DNA of 63,600 nucleotides, filler included, from Saprolegnia diclina VS20 (GCF_000281045.1; 6 parts of 3 records of this genome joined end to end with filler, not necessarily neighbours in it); one strand, 5' to 3'; shown: positions 1-12,836, numbered from the whole stretch's first letter. Notes: a model not told the origin generated them from the letters alone. Translations and numbers: made by a program.

Positions 1-139
1 CCATCGATGCCAACTGATTCGACTCCACACCATTGATTGGCGTGTCAAGGGCGACGAGATGGGTTCGAAGAACGGCCATGAATCCCATTCCGGTGTCTGG
101 AGCCCCGAGAACGTGGCATCATCACGCTCAGCTGCGCGT
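1..139. repeat. Copy of the upstream region of family-A zinc-finger genes
   Basis: 1-95 is essentially identical to 22660-22754 (ccatcgatgccaactgattcgactccacacc...), with similarity continuing to about 139; a more diverged copy starts near 27236. Confidence 0.9.
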
Positions 140-533
140 CCCCTGGCAGGTCGTACTCGGCATTTGGTTTGGCCGAGATCCGCAGAATATCACGGTCGCC
201 GATCATGTACGCTCGATTGTCTTCCACGAGCAGCTGGCCGCACCGGCGTGGCTGGTGCGGGCCTCACATTGGCGCTCCCACGGCACCGTGTTTGATCGCG
301 TCGGGCAACAAACCTGGCAGATGCTACGCTACCTCACGATCCGGACGTTATGGAACCAACGGTGTCGCAAGATTCACGCTCCTGACGACGTGCTGCCGGA
401 CCACACGCACGTTCGGTACGTTACTTTGGACTATTGCGAGGCGCATACGGCTACCGAATTCCTGGATCACAAACCTCGTCGTTTTGATGCCCAACGTACA
501 TGCGTCGCCGTGCTATGTAGTTATGCACCTTAA
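140..533 (+). mobile_element. 3' fragment of a non-LTR retrotransposon ORF2
   Basis: Trp-rich C-terminal segment WQMLRYLTIRTLWNQRCRKIH resembles the W..RN motif downstream of zf-RVT in L1-like ORF2; it begins where the upstream repeat abruptly stops matching its paralogs. Confidence 0.55.
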
Positions 534-2062
534 TACACACCTTATGCGAGAGATGGTCCGCAGTGTATGCGACGGCAATCCGGGATATCGGGAAGAACGT
601 CCGAATGTATGACACGTCGCATCCAGAAGATCTCTCCAGGCTGTACTGTAGCACCCGCCCAGCTGGCACCCGCCTGTGGGGCAAATTCCCTTTGTTTGTC
701 GCTCCGGGCTCGAACCCCGTTCCCAACTTTTGGCTAACCGTTAAATAACTAGTATGAATTGTGTTTGCAGTGGGCGCTGCTCTATCGTGCGAGATGTTCC
801 ATGGGCCTTCGATGAACGACTTCCGTCATGGAGATGTCCAATGCAACTACAGGTGGGCGACTCAACAGTGGTTCTGCTTCAGGCGGTTCTTCAACGGACC
901 TGTCTGTGCAACAGAAAGAGCTACGGGCGTCTCAACCGTGTCACCTCGCTGACTCTTGGCAAGGGCCATAAAGTGTTTATGGACCTTGCTCATGACCACA
1001 AGCCGTACGGGATCCTCGACGATTCTAGACGAGTACAATGTCGCATGACGCGAGCGCGCTGCACTTTCGAAAACAGAACTTGACGCAGGTGGAATTCAGC
1101 GTCTATTCTCAACCGCTACGAGGGGACGTTCAGATTCAGATTGCATTGCGCCAGCGTCGCTGTTCCTGTGTCCATTATAAAAACCGTATTACGGACCGGT
1201 CGCATGGTCAGCTTGCTTGGAGGCGGCATGACAAGAGGGAGGTAAATATTAGGTTAGGTATATATGACGTTTATTCGCGTTTTTCGTTTAACATAACAAT
1301 ACACTGCAATCGTTGCACGTAACGTTCGACGGTGCATACCGAGAAAGATCGACGATGGGTCTCAGCTCGACATGTATTGATGAGGGTGGCTTCGTTGATC
1401 TCGAGTTGGCATCCAACAACGTCGAACCGGACTAGCGAACCACTCGCTTTGACACACAAGGACCGCCTTGACGCGGTGTGGTTGATATCGCCCTTACGTG
1501 TCTGGACAAAGCCAAAGTGTAAACGACAATAGATATCCCCAGCAACCACCTTGAGAGGAAGCCCTTCCATTTCTTTGTTGACCGCTGTAGATGCAGAATA
1601 CCTCCATCAAGTCCGAACTACTCGGGGGCTGCCACCGTGTTGGTGTCCGCCATGCCAGTGGCGGGCCAGCTACCCGATTGAAACTACCAATTTGGAGATG
1701 GCTCAAGTTCTCTTGCTCGATGCCTGAATCTTGCATTTTGCAACGTGTGTTAGATCTTGGACTTCTAGATTGATCGGACTTGCGCGGAAAACTTCTTCGA
1801 CATCTTGGAAACGGCCCCTTCGATCTCGGGTCATCATCGCCTTTGGCAGTCTTCGATATTAGTGATTGCGCCGGAGGCACACGTGGCAGAAACATCACTC
1901 GAAGCACACAACACGACGCCATCTGTCGAGGTGGACGCAGCGGTTGCAGAGGTTGTCGTTGAAGTGGGTCGTCTATTAAAATAGATACGTTAAATAAAAT
2001 CCACAAGCGTTTTGGCATGCCACCGCGATCCCTCTCAAGAAGAAGGGCAACAGCACATGCGG

Positions 2063-3879
2063 GCTGCTCAACAGTGTCTACAAGCTTTTTGCCCACGTCA
2101 TGGCGCAGCGGCTGCGTCCGTTCTCACGACTATCATTGGCGAGCAACAGCAAGGACTCATTCCCGGTCGAGCACTCGCGGACAGCGTCACGATCTTCCAA
2201 GCTGCGCTCAACCAGCAAACCGATGATCTGACATCAAGTTTTGACGCGTCGCCGGGCATCTTCAGCGCGGACATCACGAAGGCCTACGACTCGGTCGAAC
2301 GGGCGAGCATTTTGGCTCTTCTACGTGCGATGGGGTTTCCGCAAGCCTATGTCGACTTGGTGGGTACGCTCATGGCGGGCTCGATGCTCCGATTCGAAGT
2401 CAATGGCAAGCTCTCGGCGTGGGTCGACCAGGAGACCGGGATCCAGCAGGGCTGTCCGTTTGCACCGTTGCTCTTCATCATCAGCATAGAGCCGCTCCTG
2501 GCCAAGCTGCAGGCGCATGCGCCGAGACATGGCCTGGCCGTCGGAGCTGGCGCCGCTCGACAGGTCGCGTGCAATGCCCACGTCGACGACACAGCGGTTT
2601 TTGTCCAACGGATGGACTCGCTGCCTTGGGTGCTCGAGCAATTCGCTCAGTTTGCAGACATGACGGGTCTTACAGTTCAGCTTGACAAGTCGTTTGCCAT
2701 CTGTCTGAACAAAGCTCACGTGCGCGACAACTACCATGGCCTTCCGCTGCTCCAGCCGACCGAGCGGCGTCGGTACCTTGGCTTGATGGTTGGTCTTGGA
2801 GACTTGGCTGCGGACAACTGGGAGCGCGCGTACGAGGCAACCACGGCACGCCTGCGCGTGGCCGCAATGAAGGAGAAATGTGAACCCTCCAAGGCGCGTC
2901 TATTGCAGGCCATTGTCCAACCGAAAGCCGCGTTCGTGGCGTCGTACTTCCCCGCACCGACAGCTTGGCAGACCAAGTGGGAGAAGCTCGTTTGGCATTT
3001 CTTCTGGCGCGGCAACTTGTCTGTCGGCACGGGCGGTCGCCTCCCTCAGTATGTCCCCAAGGCGATTCTCCAGTCGCCGCGCGCACACCGAGGAGGGGGC
3101 ATTCCCAACATGGAAGCTGTTTGCAACCAACAAACCGTGCGTCGCGTCGTTCGGCTCGTCCTTACCGCTGGTACAGCGGCCAGTCAAGTCGGCCTGTCGG
3201 CCCTGCCGCAAGCCGGCCTCCTCGACAAGGTCTGCCACGTACCAGCGCGGCCACTGCGGGCGGCCCCGACAGATACGGTGGTCGATTGTGGCTATCGGCT
3301 GCTTTGCAATGCGTTGGGACGCGCGGACCGACCGCACATCGCGGACCTGCAAGCGAAATTCGATTTTTTCAATGGGCTCGCACGGCCATTACATTCGTGT
3401 GGGCGCGGACGACACGTGCCGCGTACATGTCCCCGAACACGACAAGCGCTGGGCATCGCATCTAGCGACGGTACGCCGCATGGACCCGGGACGTCGGCAC
3501 ATTTTGTGGTACCAGCCGATCGCGAACAACGCCTGGCTACTGGATTCCAATGGCCGGGCTGTACGCCACTCGCCGCACGCAACGTTTGCCACCGCCTTTG
3601 CAACGTGCTCTCACGAGGGTCCGCTATGGTTCCGACCAACGCGACCGGCGACCTTCGCTGCCCGGGCGCACTTGCAATGGCTGCACCTTCTCGCCCTTAC
3701 CCAAGGCGCCAAGGCCAAAGCTCAACTGCCTCAAGCACAAAACCACATCTACCTGCCGCCTGCGTGGGTCAAATGCTCGGTGCGTCGGCGTGTCCCACTC
3801 GAACGCGTCGTCAGCCGTCACGCTGTCAAGGAATTGACACGGTTGCCTCCATCACTAGATCGCTATCAAGTGCGACGTC
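2063..3879 (+). mobile_element. 5'-truncated, frameshifted L1/Tx1-like non-LTR retrotransposon reverse transcriptase
   Basis: RT motifs LLNSVYKLFAHVMAQRL (shifted frame, about 2065-2120), DITKAYDSV, GIQQGCPFAPLLF, HVDD, RYLGL, GGGIP; frameshifts near 2120 and about 3370; runs into a gap. Confidence 0.9.
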
Positions 3880-4006
3880 NNNNNNNNNNNNNNNNNNNNN
3901 NNNNNNNNNNNNNNNNNNNNNNNNNNNNNNNNNNNNNNNNNNNNNNNNNNNNNNNNNNNNNNNNNNNNNNNNNNNNNNNGACTGACGGGCACGCTTCCGC
4001 GCGTCT

Positions 4007-4387
4007 TCATGCAACGAGCGCGGTCTGTGGCGCGACCTTTCTGTGCCGGCGGTGCACACGAGTAAGCGCAACGCAGACGCGCTTGGCGCGGAGGCTGAAG
4101 AACATGGCTTCTTCGCAGCCGTCGCAGCGTACGCAGTCGTCTTCGTCAATCGGGCAGAGCACGTTGTTGGTCTCGCGCCGATCCAGCTTCCAAAAGCCAA
4201 TGTCCTCGGGCAAGAACGGCACCTTGCGCCCGCCGACGACCGCGCTGTGCTTCTGCTTCTGCTGGCGGTCGATCCACTTGTGCGTGATCGGGATGCAGGC
4301 GTCGGGCGGTGACGGCGACGTCATCGATGCGAGTACTTGGCGGCAATGGCACTGCGGCTCGGCGCGCTTCTTGCTAAACCACTGCAT
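4007..4387 (-). CDS. Small hypothetical Cys-containing protein (about 126 aa)
   Basis: ORF from MQWFSKKRAEPQCHC to TALVA* with GC3-rich codons; INR/FPR-like TCAGTTGCCAATTGCC just upstream of the ATG; contains CxC and CVRCDGC. Confidence 0.55.
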   Translation of the reverse strand: MQWFSKKRAEPQCHCRQVLASMTSPSPPDACIPITHKWIDRQQKQKHSAVVGGRKVPFLPEDIGFWKLDRRETNNVLCPIDEDDCVRCDGCEEAMFFSLRAKRVCVALTRVHRRHRKVAPQTALVA

Positions 4388-5037
4388 GATGGATCTTGTC
4401 GATGTCTTGGGCAATTGGCAACTGACACTCGAAAAGCTCCAACGTGGCCAGGTTCGACAATGATGGTCACTCTGTGACACGCCTGTAAATCCACCCAATC
4501 CACGCGCTGCCTTGCAATTTGGCGGCGTCGGATTGGTCCACTGAGATTGCACGTTGGACTGGCACCGACCAGGTGGCACGGCGCGGCGATCCGCGCGGAC
4601 TGAAGCGTCGTGTCCTTGCAGCATAGCTACGTCGTCGCCTTGCTGCAGGCCATGTTGACCCTACGGCGAACGAGCTCAATGAAGCACCAGCCCAAAGCGA
4701 CCGCATGACTGTCCTGTCCACAAGGCCCGTGGCGTGGGACGTCTGCTGGCTCAGGATGTTGCATGGAGCGCATCGAAGGCGACAGCCCGCCACGCGACGA
4801 TGATGGTCGCTTCCGAGAAGGTTCGCAGGATGCCCTAGCTCGTAGATTCGATCGCTACGCGTACCCGGTGTCCGGGGTGTCGCCATAGCGTCCGAGTCTT
4901 CCAAATGCACACCGTCCACGACACCGTGCGACACCTCTGTCCAACGGTCTACCCCGGCGTCCTTACTTGCAGTCCATCAAAGGACAACCATCATCACACA
5001 AGGCTGGCAACCACTCATTTCTTCCGTAGCGACACTA

Positions 5038-7582
5038 CTACCAGAGGCAGTCGAGGAGGCAGGCGCGTGCCAGCACTTGATCGCGAGCGAAGCTCGGTGC
5101 CGCATCTTTCACAACCGCTGCGCCGACGTCGTCGTCTGGCAGGAGTGTCTTGGCGATGGCCAACGCGACGGAAACCGAATCCTCGACCGGCTCAACTGGC
5201 AACTCCAATCGCTCGAGCTGCCACGCGAGCTCAAACGCCTCGAGCGCCGCATGCACCGCGGCATGGTCGACCGCGGAGCGTGCCACGTACGCCGATCGGA
5301 CGTGGCGCCACCAGATGCGCCAGCGCGGAAGGTAGTACGATGACACAAGACCGCCCCAGTCCTTACTGGCGTAATCCGAGAGCGCATTGCCGTTGGCGTC
5401 GCCCCACCGCGTCACTTGGTTCTTCGCTTCGTACTCGAAATACGCTGCGTCGTCCGCCCCGCCGAGTGCCCGCGCGTCGGCGAGCCACGGACCGAGCATA
5501 AAGTGGCGGTTGGTGTTGAGGATGCGCTCGAGCATCTCCATCGCGTCCTGCATGCGGCGCATGACAGCATCGAGCTACACACACGATCAGCGCTTGCGAC
5601 AAGGTGCAAAGGACCTCGGCAAGTGGCGCGACCTGCGCATGAAACAGGGTTTCCAAGGCCGCAACGTCGGCCGCCAAACCGTCGCTGAGCACTTGCCTCG
5701 TCACGTCGACAAGGTCCCGCGTGAAGCTGAGGTGCGACGCCAGCGCCGGCGCGGCGGCCAGGAGGCGGCGCCACGCAAATAGCACGTCCTCGGCGTTGTG
5801 AGCGAGCGCCGTGGGCATGAACCGGCTCTGGAGAAGCCCCCAGCGCGGGCGGAGACTCACAATGCACTTGGTGACGCCGCCAAAGCCTTTAGAAACATTG
5901 TAGACAGTCGCTGCGAGCCGCTGCCACGCGTCGAGCGCATTTTGTGTTGGGTGGTGGTACCGGGCACGAATGAAGGCGTCGACGTACGTCGGAACGTCCA
6001 GTGCCGATGCCTGCCACGGCATTTGCAGCGCGAGGTCGTACACAATGTAGTTTTGATAGATGCCTTCCATCGTGAGCCCGAGGCCCAGTAGCGTGCCGGC
6101 ACTCGCTGTCCGCGCCGCAACAAGGTCGGACGCGATCGTCGGGAGGTCGCCACGCATGCCGAGGCTGCCGCCAAAGTTGTGCAGCACGCAGTAGATCCAG
6201 TACTTGCCAAAGTAGTTGTCCGTTGTCTGCCACACGGGCTTGACCTCGCTACACCAGAGTGCATTAGCCTGATATAACTTGGAATCAACACACGAGACCT
6301 GTACAAATCGAGCACGATGAGACCGTCTTGGGGCAAGTGCGCAATGTAGTCGCGGACGCGCGTCGCGGTCCAAAACCGCGAAAATGAAAAGAGCCAGCCT
6401 TGCATGAGCCACACCGCCGACGGGTGCACAGCGCGCATGCTCTTCAGGACGGCCGACGACGACGCTGCGAGGTACGTACGCGCGCTAAACGCCGGGTCCA
6501 TCTCGTTGTACGTGTCGGTCTGATACAAAATCGCAGTGTAGTTGAGGAGGGACGCTTGGTGCCGCAAGAACGCTGCGCCAATCTCGACAAAGAGCGGGTC
6601 CGTCGGGTCGAGCATGTACACGGACGTGAACGGCGGCTTGAACCCAATCCAAGGCGGCGACTGCACAAACTTGGCGTTCGGGTATAGCGAGACCATCTCG
6701 GCCGGGACGTGGCCTAGCATCATCTTGATACAGTCTTGATACTAAAAAAGAATACCGGCAAAGGCGGGCAGGGCCGGTGTCATGCCGAACGCGCGCATGC
6801 GAGCGAGGATCTTTGTCTGAAGCTCAAACTGCTGCTCAATAAACGATCGCGGCAGCGGCCCGCGCACCCAGCTGCCTTGGACGTTGCCCATGCGGCCCCA
6901 CGCGAGGAAGCTCGCGCCAGCAAAGAAGCCATCCAGCCCCGACGCACTCACGTTGAACGCGCCAAAGGTCGTCGCCCACACCTTTTCTTGGCCTGTGAAC
7001 GCCAATGGGACGTTGATTCCTAGGTCGACGTACATATCGAATGCACGAGAGATGCGCTGGCCGTACCGTTGAGTGCCATCCAGTCGATGTGGCGCTCCCA
7101 CTGCGCCCACGACCAGCTCCACTGCGAGTAGCTGAACGTGCACACGTTCTCATAGTACGTGTATGCGGCTTGCCGCCCGAGGCGCAGTGGCACTGTCAGC
7201 GCTGGCAGTGTCGGCGGAAGCACGAGCGGGTCGTCCTCCCAATTCGTCTGCGTCTGCGCCGCGGCCTTGAGGTACGCGTGCAGGCCAAAGCCCATGGCCG
7301 TTGCACTGGACGCGCGAAGATGCACTTGCCCTGGCGTCGCATCGACATGCGCAATGTCGAGCCCCGAAATGTGGTCGACCGGCAGCGCTTCGAGCACAAA
7401 CTACGCGAGGATGTAGGAGCGAGCGAGGCGAGAGACAGGCCGACCTGGTCGACGTACGCTGGGCCGAGCCGCCGGGCAATGAGGCCCTTCGTGGCGCTGA
7501 TCATATCGTGCTCTGGCCGCGGCAAGAGCGCAGCGACGAGCGCTGCATGCAGCATGATGACGGCGACGATGGCTCGGCGCAT
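5038..7582 (-). CDS. NAGLU: Alpha-N-acetylglucosaminidase (GH89), multi-exon, with signal peptide
   Basis: Motifs YYENVCTFSYS, WERHIDWMALNG, PLAFTGQEKVW, FLAWGRMGN, DTYNEM, AVWLMQGWLF, LHNFGG, GLTMEG, YEAKNQVTRWG, DYASKDWGGLVSSYYLPRW across consecutive ORFs; hydrophobic N-terminus. Confidence 0.95.
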
Positions 7583-7728
7583 GTTGGCAGATCGCAGATC
7601 GCAGGGCCAAGTTGGGTGGGTTTAGCGTATGGGTTCGAAACCTCCCATACATGATATTGCTCGGCGGGTGATATTAAGTTTGGGAAAAAACCGCTTTAAA
7701 GCCGAATTAGCTCCGAGCCACAGGGTCC

Positions 7729-9315
7729 ATGAGCTCCGAGGTCGCTGCCCAGCCGCTCTCCAAGAATGCGCGCCGGCGCATGAAGAAGAAGGAGAAGAAG
7801 CAAGACGACGGTCTGCGCCAAGAGGCCGAGCGCCAGCTGGAGCTCCTGAAGGAGGCCACGGACGAGCCGGCGCCGGCGCCCGAGGTGACGGTCGAGTATG
7901 TGAGCGCCGAGGTCGCGCTGCCAACGTCCGACCCGGCGTTCGAAGAGTTTTCGCGCGTCTTTGAAAAGTTCCTCAAGCCCGAAGAGCTCTGCGGCGACAA
8001 GAGCGCGGTCGACGACGTGGCGCCCGAGGCCGAGGACAATGCGGCGAACGAGGTCGAGGCTTTTGACGAGCCGATGCAGCTTGGGCGCAAGGCGCGCAAG
8101 AAGGCCAAGCAGATTAGCATCTCGTTGCTCAAGCAGCTCGTAGCGTGCCCGGACGTGGTCGAGGCCCACGACGTGACGTCGTCGGACCCGCAGTTCCTCT
8201 GCTACTTGAAGGCGTACCGCAACACGGTGCCTGTGCCCCGCCATTGGTGCCACAAGCGCAAGTACCTCCAGGGCAAGCGCGGTATCGAAAAGGTCCCATT
8301 CATCCTGCCCGACTTTATCGCCAACACGGGTATCTCGGAAGTCCGCGGTGCGCTCCTCGACGATGAGCTCAAGAAGAAGGGGTCGGCCAAGATGCGCGAG
8401 CGCATGCAGCCCAAGATGGGTCGCATCGACATTGACTACCAAGTGCTGCACGACGCCTTCTTCCGATACCAGACCAAGCCGCCGCTGTCGTCGCTCGGCG
8501 ATCTCTACTACGAAGGCAAGGAGTTTGAAGTCAAGCTCAAGCGCAAGACGCCGGGCCTTCTCTCGGACGACCTCAAGCGTGCGCTCGGTATGGTGGATGG
8601 CGTCCCGCCACCGTGGCTCCTCAACATCCAGCGCTACGGCCCGCCGCCGGCCTACCCGCATCTCAAGATCCCGGGTCTCAACGCGCCGATTCCCGACGGC
8701 GCTAGCTTTGGGTACCACCCCGGTGGTTGGGGCAAGCCGCCCGTCGACGAGCTCGGAAATCCTCTGTACGGCGACGTGTTCAACAAGGCGGCGGCGGCGA
8801 AAACGTCGGAGCCCGTCGAAGAAGTCCTTCCCGTGAGCAAGGAGCGCTGGGGGCAACTGGACCCGGTCACGGAAGTCGACGACGAAGACGAAGAAGACGA
8901 AGATGAGCAGCACGAAGAGGAAGACGACGTCGCCCACGCTGACGCGATCGTTGGCGAGCCCATGGCCGCAGTCCTGGAAGACACGATGGACAGCGGTATC
9001 TCGAGCGTCATGTCGGGTGTCTCGACGCCCGGTGGTGTCGTCGACCTCCGGAAGCGGGGGACGGAAACACCCGACGTGGCGCCGTCGGCCCCGAAGGAGC
9101 TCTACACGGTCCTTGCACAAAAGGAGGTGGCCGTCGGGACGTCGCTGTACGGGTCGGCGCACGCCTACGACGTTGGCGCCAAGCCCGGAGGGATCGAGAG
9201 CTCGACGAGCGGGATGCTCACGACCGAGTCGTCGGTCGATGGCGACGACTCGCGCAAGCGCGCGCGGAAAGCCGAGAAGGAGAAGCCCAAGAACCTCAAA
9301 AAGTTCAAGTTCTAA
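7729..9315 (+). CDS. SF3B2: Splicing factor 3B subunit 2 (SAP145/Cus1)
   Basis: LKAYRNTVPVPRHWCHKRKYLQGKRG, QPKMGRIDIDYQVLHDAFF, PSP domain PPPWLLNIQRYGPPPAYPHLKIPGLNAPIP, terminal KKFKF; single 528 aa ORF. Confidence 0.97.
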   Translation: MSSEVAAQPLSKNARRRMKKKEKKQDDGLRQEAERQLELLKEATDEPAPAPEVTVEYVSAEVALPTSDPAFEEFSRVFEKFLKPEELCGDKSAVDDVAPEAEDNAANEVEAFDEPMQLGRKARKKAKQISISLLKQLVACPDVVEAHDVTSSDPQFLCYLKAYRNTVPVPRHWCHKRKYLQGKRGIEKVPFILPDFIANTGISEVRGALLDDELKKKGSAKMRERMQPKMGRIDIDYQVLHDAFFRYQTKPPLSSLGDLYYEGKEFEVKLKRKTPGLLSDDLKRALGMVDGVPPPWLLNIQRYGPPPAYPHLKIPGLNAPIPDGASFGYHPGGWGKPPVDELGNPLYGDVFNKAAAAKTSEPVEEVLPVSKERWGQLDPVTEVDDEDEEDEDEQHEEEDDVAHADAIVGEPMAAVLEDTMDSGISSVMSGVSTPGGVVDLRKRGTETPDVAPSAPKELYTVLAQKEVAVGTSLYGSAHAYDVGAKPGGIESSTSGMLTTESSVDGDDSRKRARKAEKEKPKNLKKFKF

Positions 9316-9516
9316 ACCCCAACTCGCATTTGTATTATCTACTCGACCTGTATCGAATCCACCAGCCTATCTCGCTCGCTGCCATGACCCAGCATCGGCA
9401 GTAGCAAGGGAATAACTTGGAGGTTGGGAGGTTTCTTCCGTCGGGCGGTGTCGTTCGCCGAGTACACGGCATCGCGGCTCGACAAGAAAGACATTTTGAC
9501 ATTTTCGATTGCAGGG

Positions 9517-12500
9517 TTAGGTACCCGGTACGCTGTAATTGCGAACCTTTTTGCGCTCTTCAGCCATCTCGGCGCGCTTGGACTGGAGCTCCTTGAGCTT
9601 GTGCATGGCCGAGCGCTGGCTTGGCGTCTCCCTACAAATGAGACACGTTTGGTTCTCAATTGAGTTTGAATGCGTGTACTTTTGACTGCTCGAGACAACC
9701 ATGGACGCCGCGCGCGCTTTCTGGGGCTCGTCGACCTTCTTTCCCGCGAGCGCAAGCACCTCTTTGGCGTGCTTGAGCTTGAGCCGCGCGTCCGAGAGGG
9801 ACGAGTTGGCCTCGGGTCTCGGTGCTTGTTGAAAGAGCGTACTCGCCAAATTTGATGGCCGGCGCGTCGGCAGTGGCGTCGACACGTCGCCGGCTTCGTC
9901 GGGCGGTGCCTCGTCGTCGTACTCGTCGTCGTCGTCGATCGGGTCGGAACGTCGACGGGCTGGCGGCGGCTCGACGGGCGCGGCGGACAGTGTGAACTCG
10001 CCTTTTTTAAGCCACTTGCGCAGCTCCTTCTTGAGCGCCTTGTTGTGCAGCCGGTACTCTTCCAGCGACTGCGTGAGGTCGGCGATCCGCGCGGTCGTGT
10101 CCACGGGGCTCTGCAGCTGCTGCTTGCGCAGGTCCGCCGTGAGCTGATTGCTGAGCTCCATGAGCTGGTTGCGCTCGTGTCGGAGCACTTGGATGTCCTG
10201 GAGTGCTTGCGTGAGCTGTTGCGCAGTGGCGTTCGACTCCTATGTAAAGGCAATGACGATGTGTACATTAGCATAAGACACACCGTCGACGGGCGAGCGG
10301 CTTGGAGCATCGCATTCTCCTTCTGAAGCCGTTCGATGAGCTGGTTCTTGGCGTCCAGCGTCTGCTGCGCGACAAGCAGCTCTTGCTGCACATGCAAGAG
10401 TTGCGCTTGCAGCGTCGCCGAGCCTGCTTGCTCCAACTCGTGCACGCGTGCTTGGAGCCGGTCAGCGTCGGCGACGGCTTGCGAAAGCTGGCGCGCCAAG
10501 TCGGTTGCCTCCGAGTCGGCTAGGCACAGTATTGAACCAGTGCACAATAGCGCGTGGTTGTACGGGAGACGGCGGCGGTTTGCTTGATGACCTCTTCGGT
10601 CATGGCGCGAATGACACTCTTGAGCCGCGCGTTCTCGGCTTCGAGCGAGTCGACGGGCTTGGTCGGAGTCGCTGCGACGACGCTCGGCGGCGGGGAGACG
10701 GGCGGAAGACTGCCGATCGACGGTGGCGGGTCCGTCCACGACGGCGACAGCGCCGGCTCGGACACGGTTTTCACCGACGACGACGGCAACTTGAACGCTT
10801 CGTTCATCTGCAGCGCGGCCTTTTGGGCAAAGAGGTCTCCACGCAGGCGCACGAGCTCATTCTCGGCGTGTCGGTACCGATCTTCGACCGCCTACGAGTC
10901 ATATCGTCTTTCGAACTCGGTCAAAATATGATGAAATGCCAACCATCTTCTCGGCTTGGAGCCGATCTTTCAAAGCAGCGAGCTCCCGGTACTTGATGTC
11001 AAACTTGGCCTGCCATTCCTGTTCCAGATCTGCATGAAGTATGAGGTGAGCGGGCACATCGTGCGTATGTGCACCTCGAAGCTTGGACTCGTTGGACGCG
11101 TCGTGGCTCGTCGCACGCCGCTGCAAGTCCTCGATTTGCTCGTGCAGCTGCGTAATTTGCTGCTTGGCGTGCAATTCTTTTTCTTTGGCGTCCGTCACGA
11201 GCTGGAGCGACTGCCGACTCGCGTCTTTTGACGACTTGAGCTCGACTTGGGCTGTCCAAAGCTCGTTCTTGAGCTCCTTGAGCATCGTCTCGCGTTGCTC
11301 CAAAGCGTCCTATGCACACGACGCCACGTCGCACACTGTCGAGAGCGTGTCTACCTTGTGGTCTGAGACGAGCCGCTCCATCTCGCGCTCGCGCTGTAAG
11401 AGTTGGTCGTCGGCTTCCCACTACATAGGCATCCCATGCGTTTCCAGCGAAGACACCATGCAGCATATCGCACTTTGGACTGCTTGAGTTCGGTCTGCAC
11501 CTTCTCTAACGTCTCTTCCACCGAGCGCAACTTACCAATGAGCGCCTAGATGCAAGAGAGGACCGCTTCTCCTTCGGCTGGGCACATAACGGTTGGCGTA
11601 CCTCGATGCGGGCTTCAAACTTGACGCCATGCTCCTTCATTTCGTTGTCCTTGCGCTGCGTCACGCGCCGGACTTCGTCCTCGAACTGGGCCTTCTGCTG
11701 CAAAAATGCCTTTTCCACAGCATGGAGCGACTACGTAGGGACGTCACATCACTCGCTCGTTGCAAGCGTCGAACCTGCAAGAGCTCGGCCATCTTGCCCT
11801 CGTACTCGTCGAGAAGGGCTACATGCAGAGCACCGAAATCGTTTCTTTTCAGCAAGGCACCGAGGTATACCTTGTTTGACTTGCTGGAGGTCTACTTTGT
11901 CGGCTTCAAGTTCGGCAATCTTGGCGTCCTTCAAGCCACGTACGTCACTGAGCTCCCACTGCAGCGCTTTGGCTTGTGTATCGGATTCGTGAACTTGCGA
12001 AAGGAGGTCGTCGACCTTGCGCCGGAGCTCCGTGTTGCGCTCCTTGGTCGTCTCGACCTCGCGCGCTAAACTCTTGGCCTTGAGCTCGGTCTCGCGAAGC
12101 TTGGTAGTGATGTCGTCGGTGGTGGCCTTGGCTTCGGCCTCGCGCGCGCGAAGGAGCTCGTCGAACGTGACCGACATTTCTCGCCGGAGGCTCTCCATGT
12201 CTTCGTCCTTCTCGCGCAGCTCGCGCTCGTTACGCCGCTTGTATGCATCAAACTCGTCCTTTTGCTTGCGCATGGCGTCGTCGTAGGACCAGCGCGCGGC
12301 CTCGACTTGGGCGCGCACGTCCTTGAGCTTTTGCGTGTAGAACGCGTCTTGCTCGGCGTGCTTTTGCTTCTCGGCCTTCATGTCCGAGGCCACATCTGCG
12401 AGCTGGATCTGCAGCTCGCCGATTTCGTTCTCGCTAGTACGTCATGTGGGTGCGTTGATGCATGGCGGACTAGGAGGGGCGTAATCGGATTATTCGTACC

Positions 12501-12836
12501 GGTCGCGCAGCACAATCTTCATGGTCGCAAAGTTGCTGTCGTACATGGCCAGCTCTTCGTCGCGTCCCTCGAGCAGCTACGCACGCGCTGCAGCGTCGTC
12601 ACTAGACGCGTGTACCTTGAGATTGTACTTGAAGTCTTCCTGGAGCTTGTGGAACTTTTGCTTGTAGCTGCCCATCGCCGCCTCCTAGCCGGCCATAAGC
12701 GCCTCTCGCCATGCAAATGAGGTACCTTCTCCTTGAGCATCGTCTCGAGCGTCCGAATCCGGTACTCGTTGATGTCATGGAGCTCCTTCTCCTTCTCGAG
12801 GATCAACGTCCGAATGTTGTCGGGCCTTCCGTCCAT
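9517..12836 (-). CDS. CCDC57: Coiled-coil domain-containing protein 57-like (centriole/cilium), multi-exon
   Basis: Spliced N-terminus LILEKEKE...FHKLQEDFKYNLK/LLEGRDEELAMYD resembles the CCDC57 N-terminus as recalled (LQEDFVYNLQVLEERD); long coiled coils, ENARLKSVIRAM segment and C-terminal KVRNY. Confidence 0.75.

Noticed and set aside
2578..2590. HVDD instead of YADD/FVDD in the RT active site
   Set aside because: The element is truncated and frameshifted, so one substitution is uninformative.
2880..4463. 527-aa ORF spanning a gap
   Set aside because: Chimera of the frameshifted LINE tail, Ns and the antisense strand of the next gene.
7696..9162. 488-aa minus-strand ORF, and similar long shadow ORFs over ABCA, PP2A and NAGLU
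   Set aside because: Antisense or alternate-frame shadows caused by high GC3 in real genes; no independent motifs.
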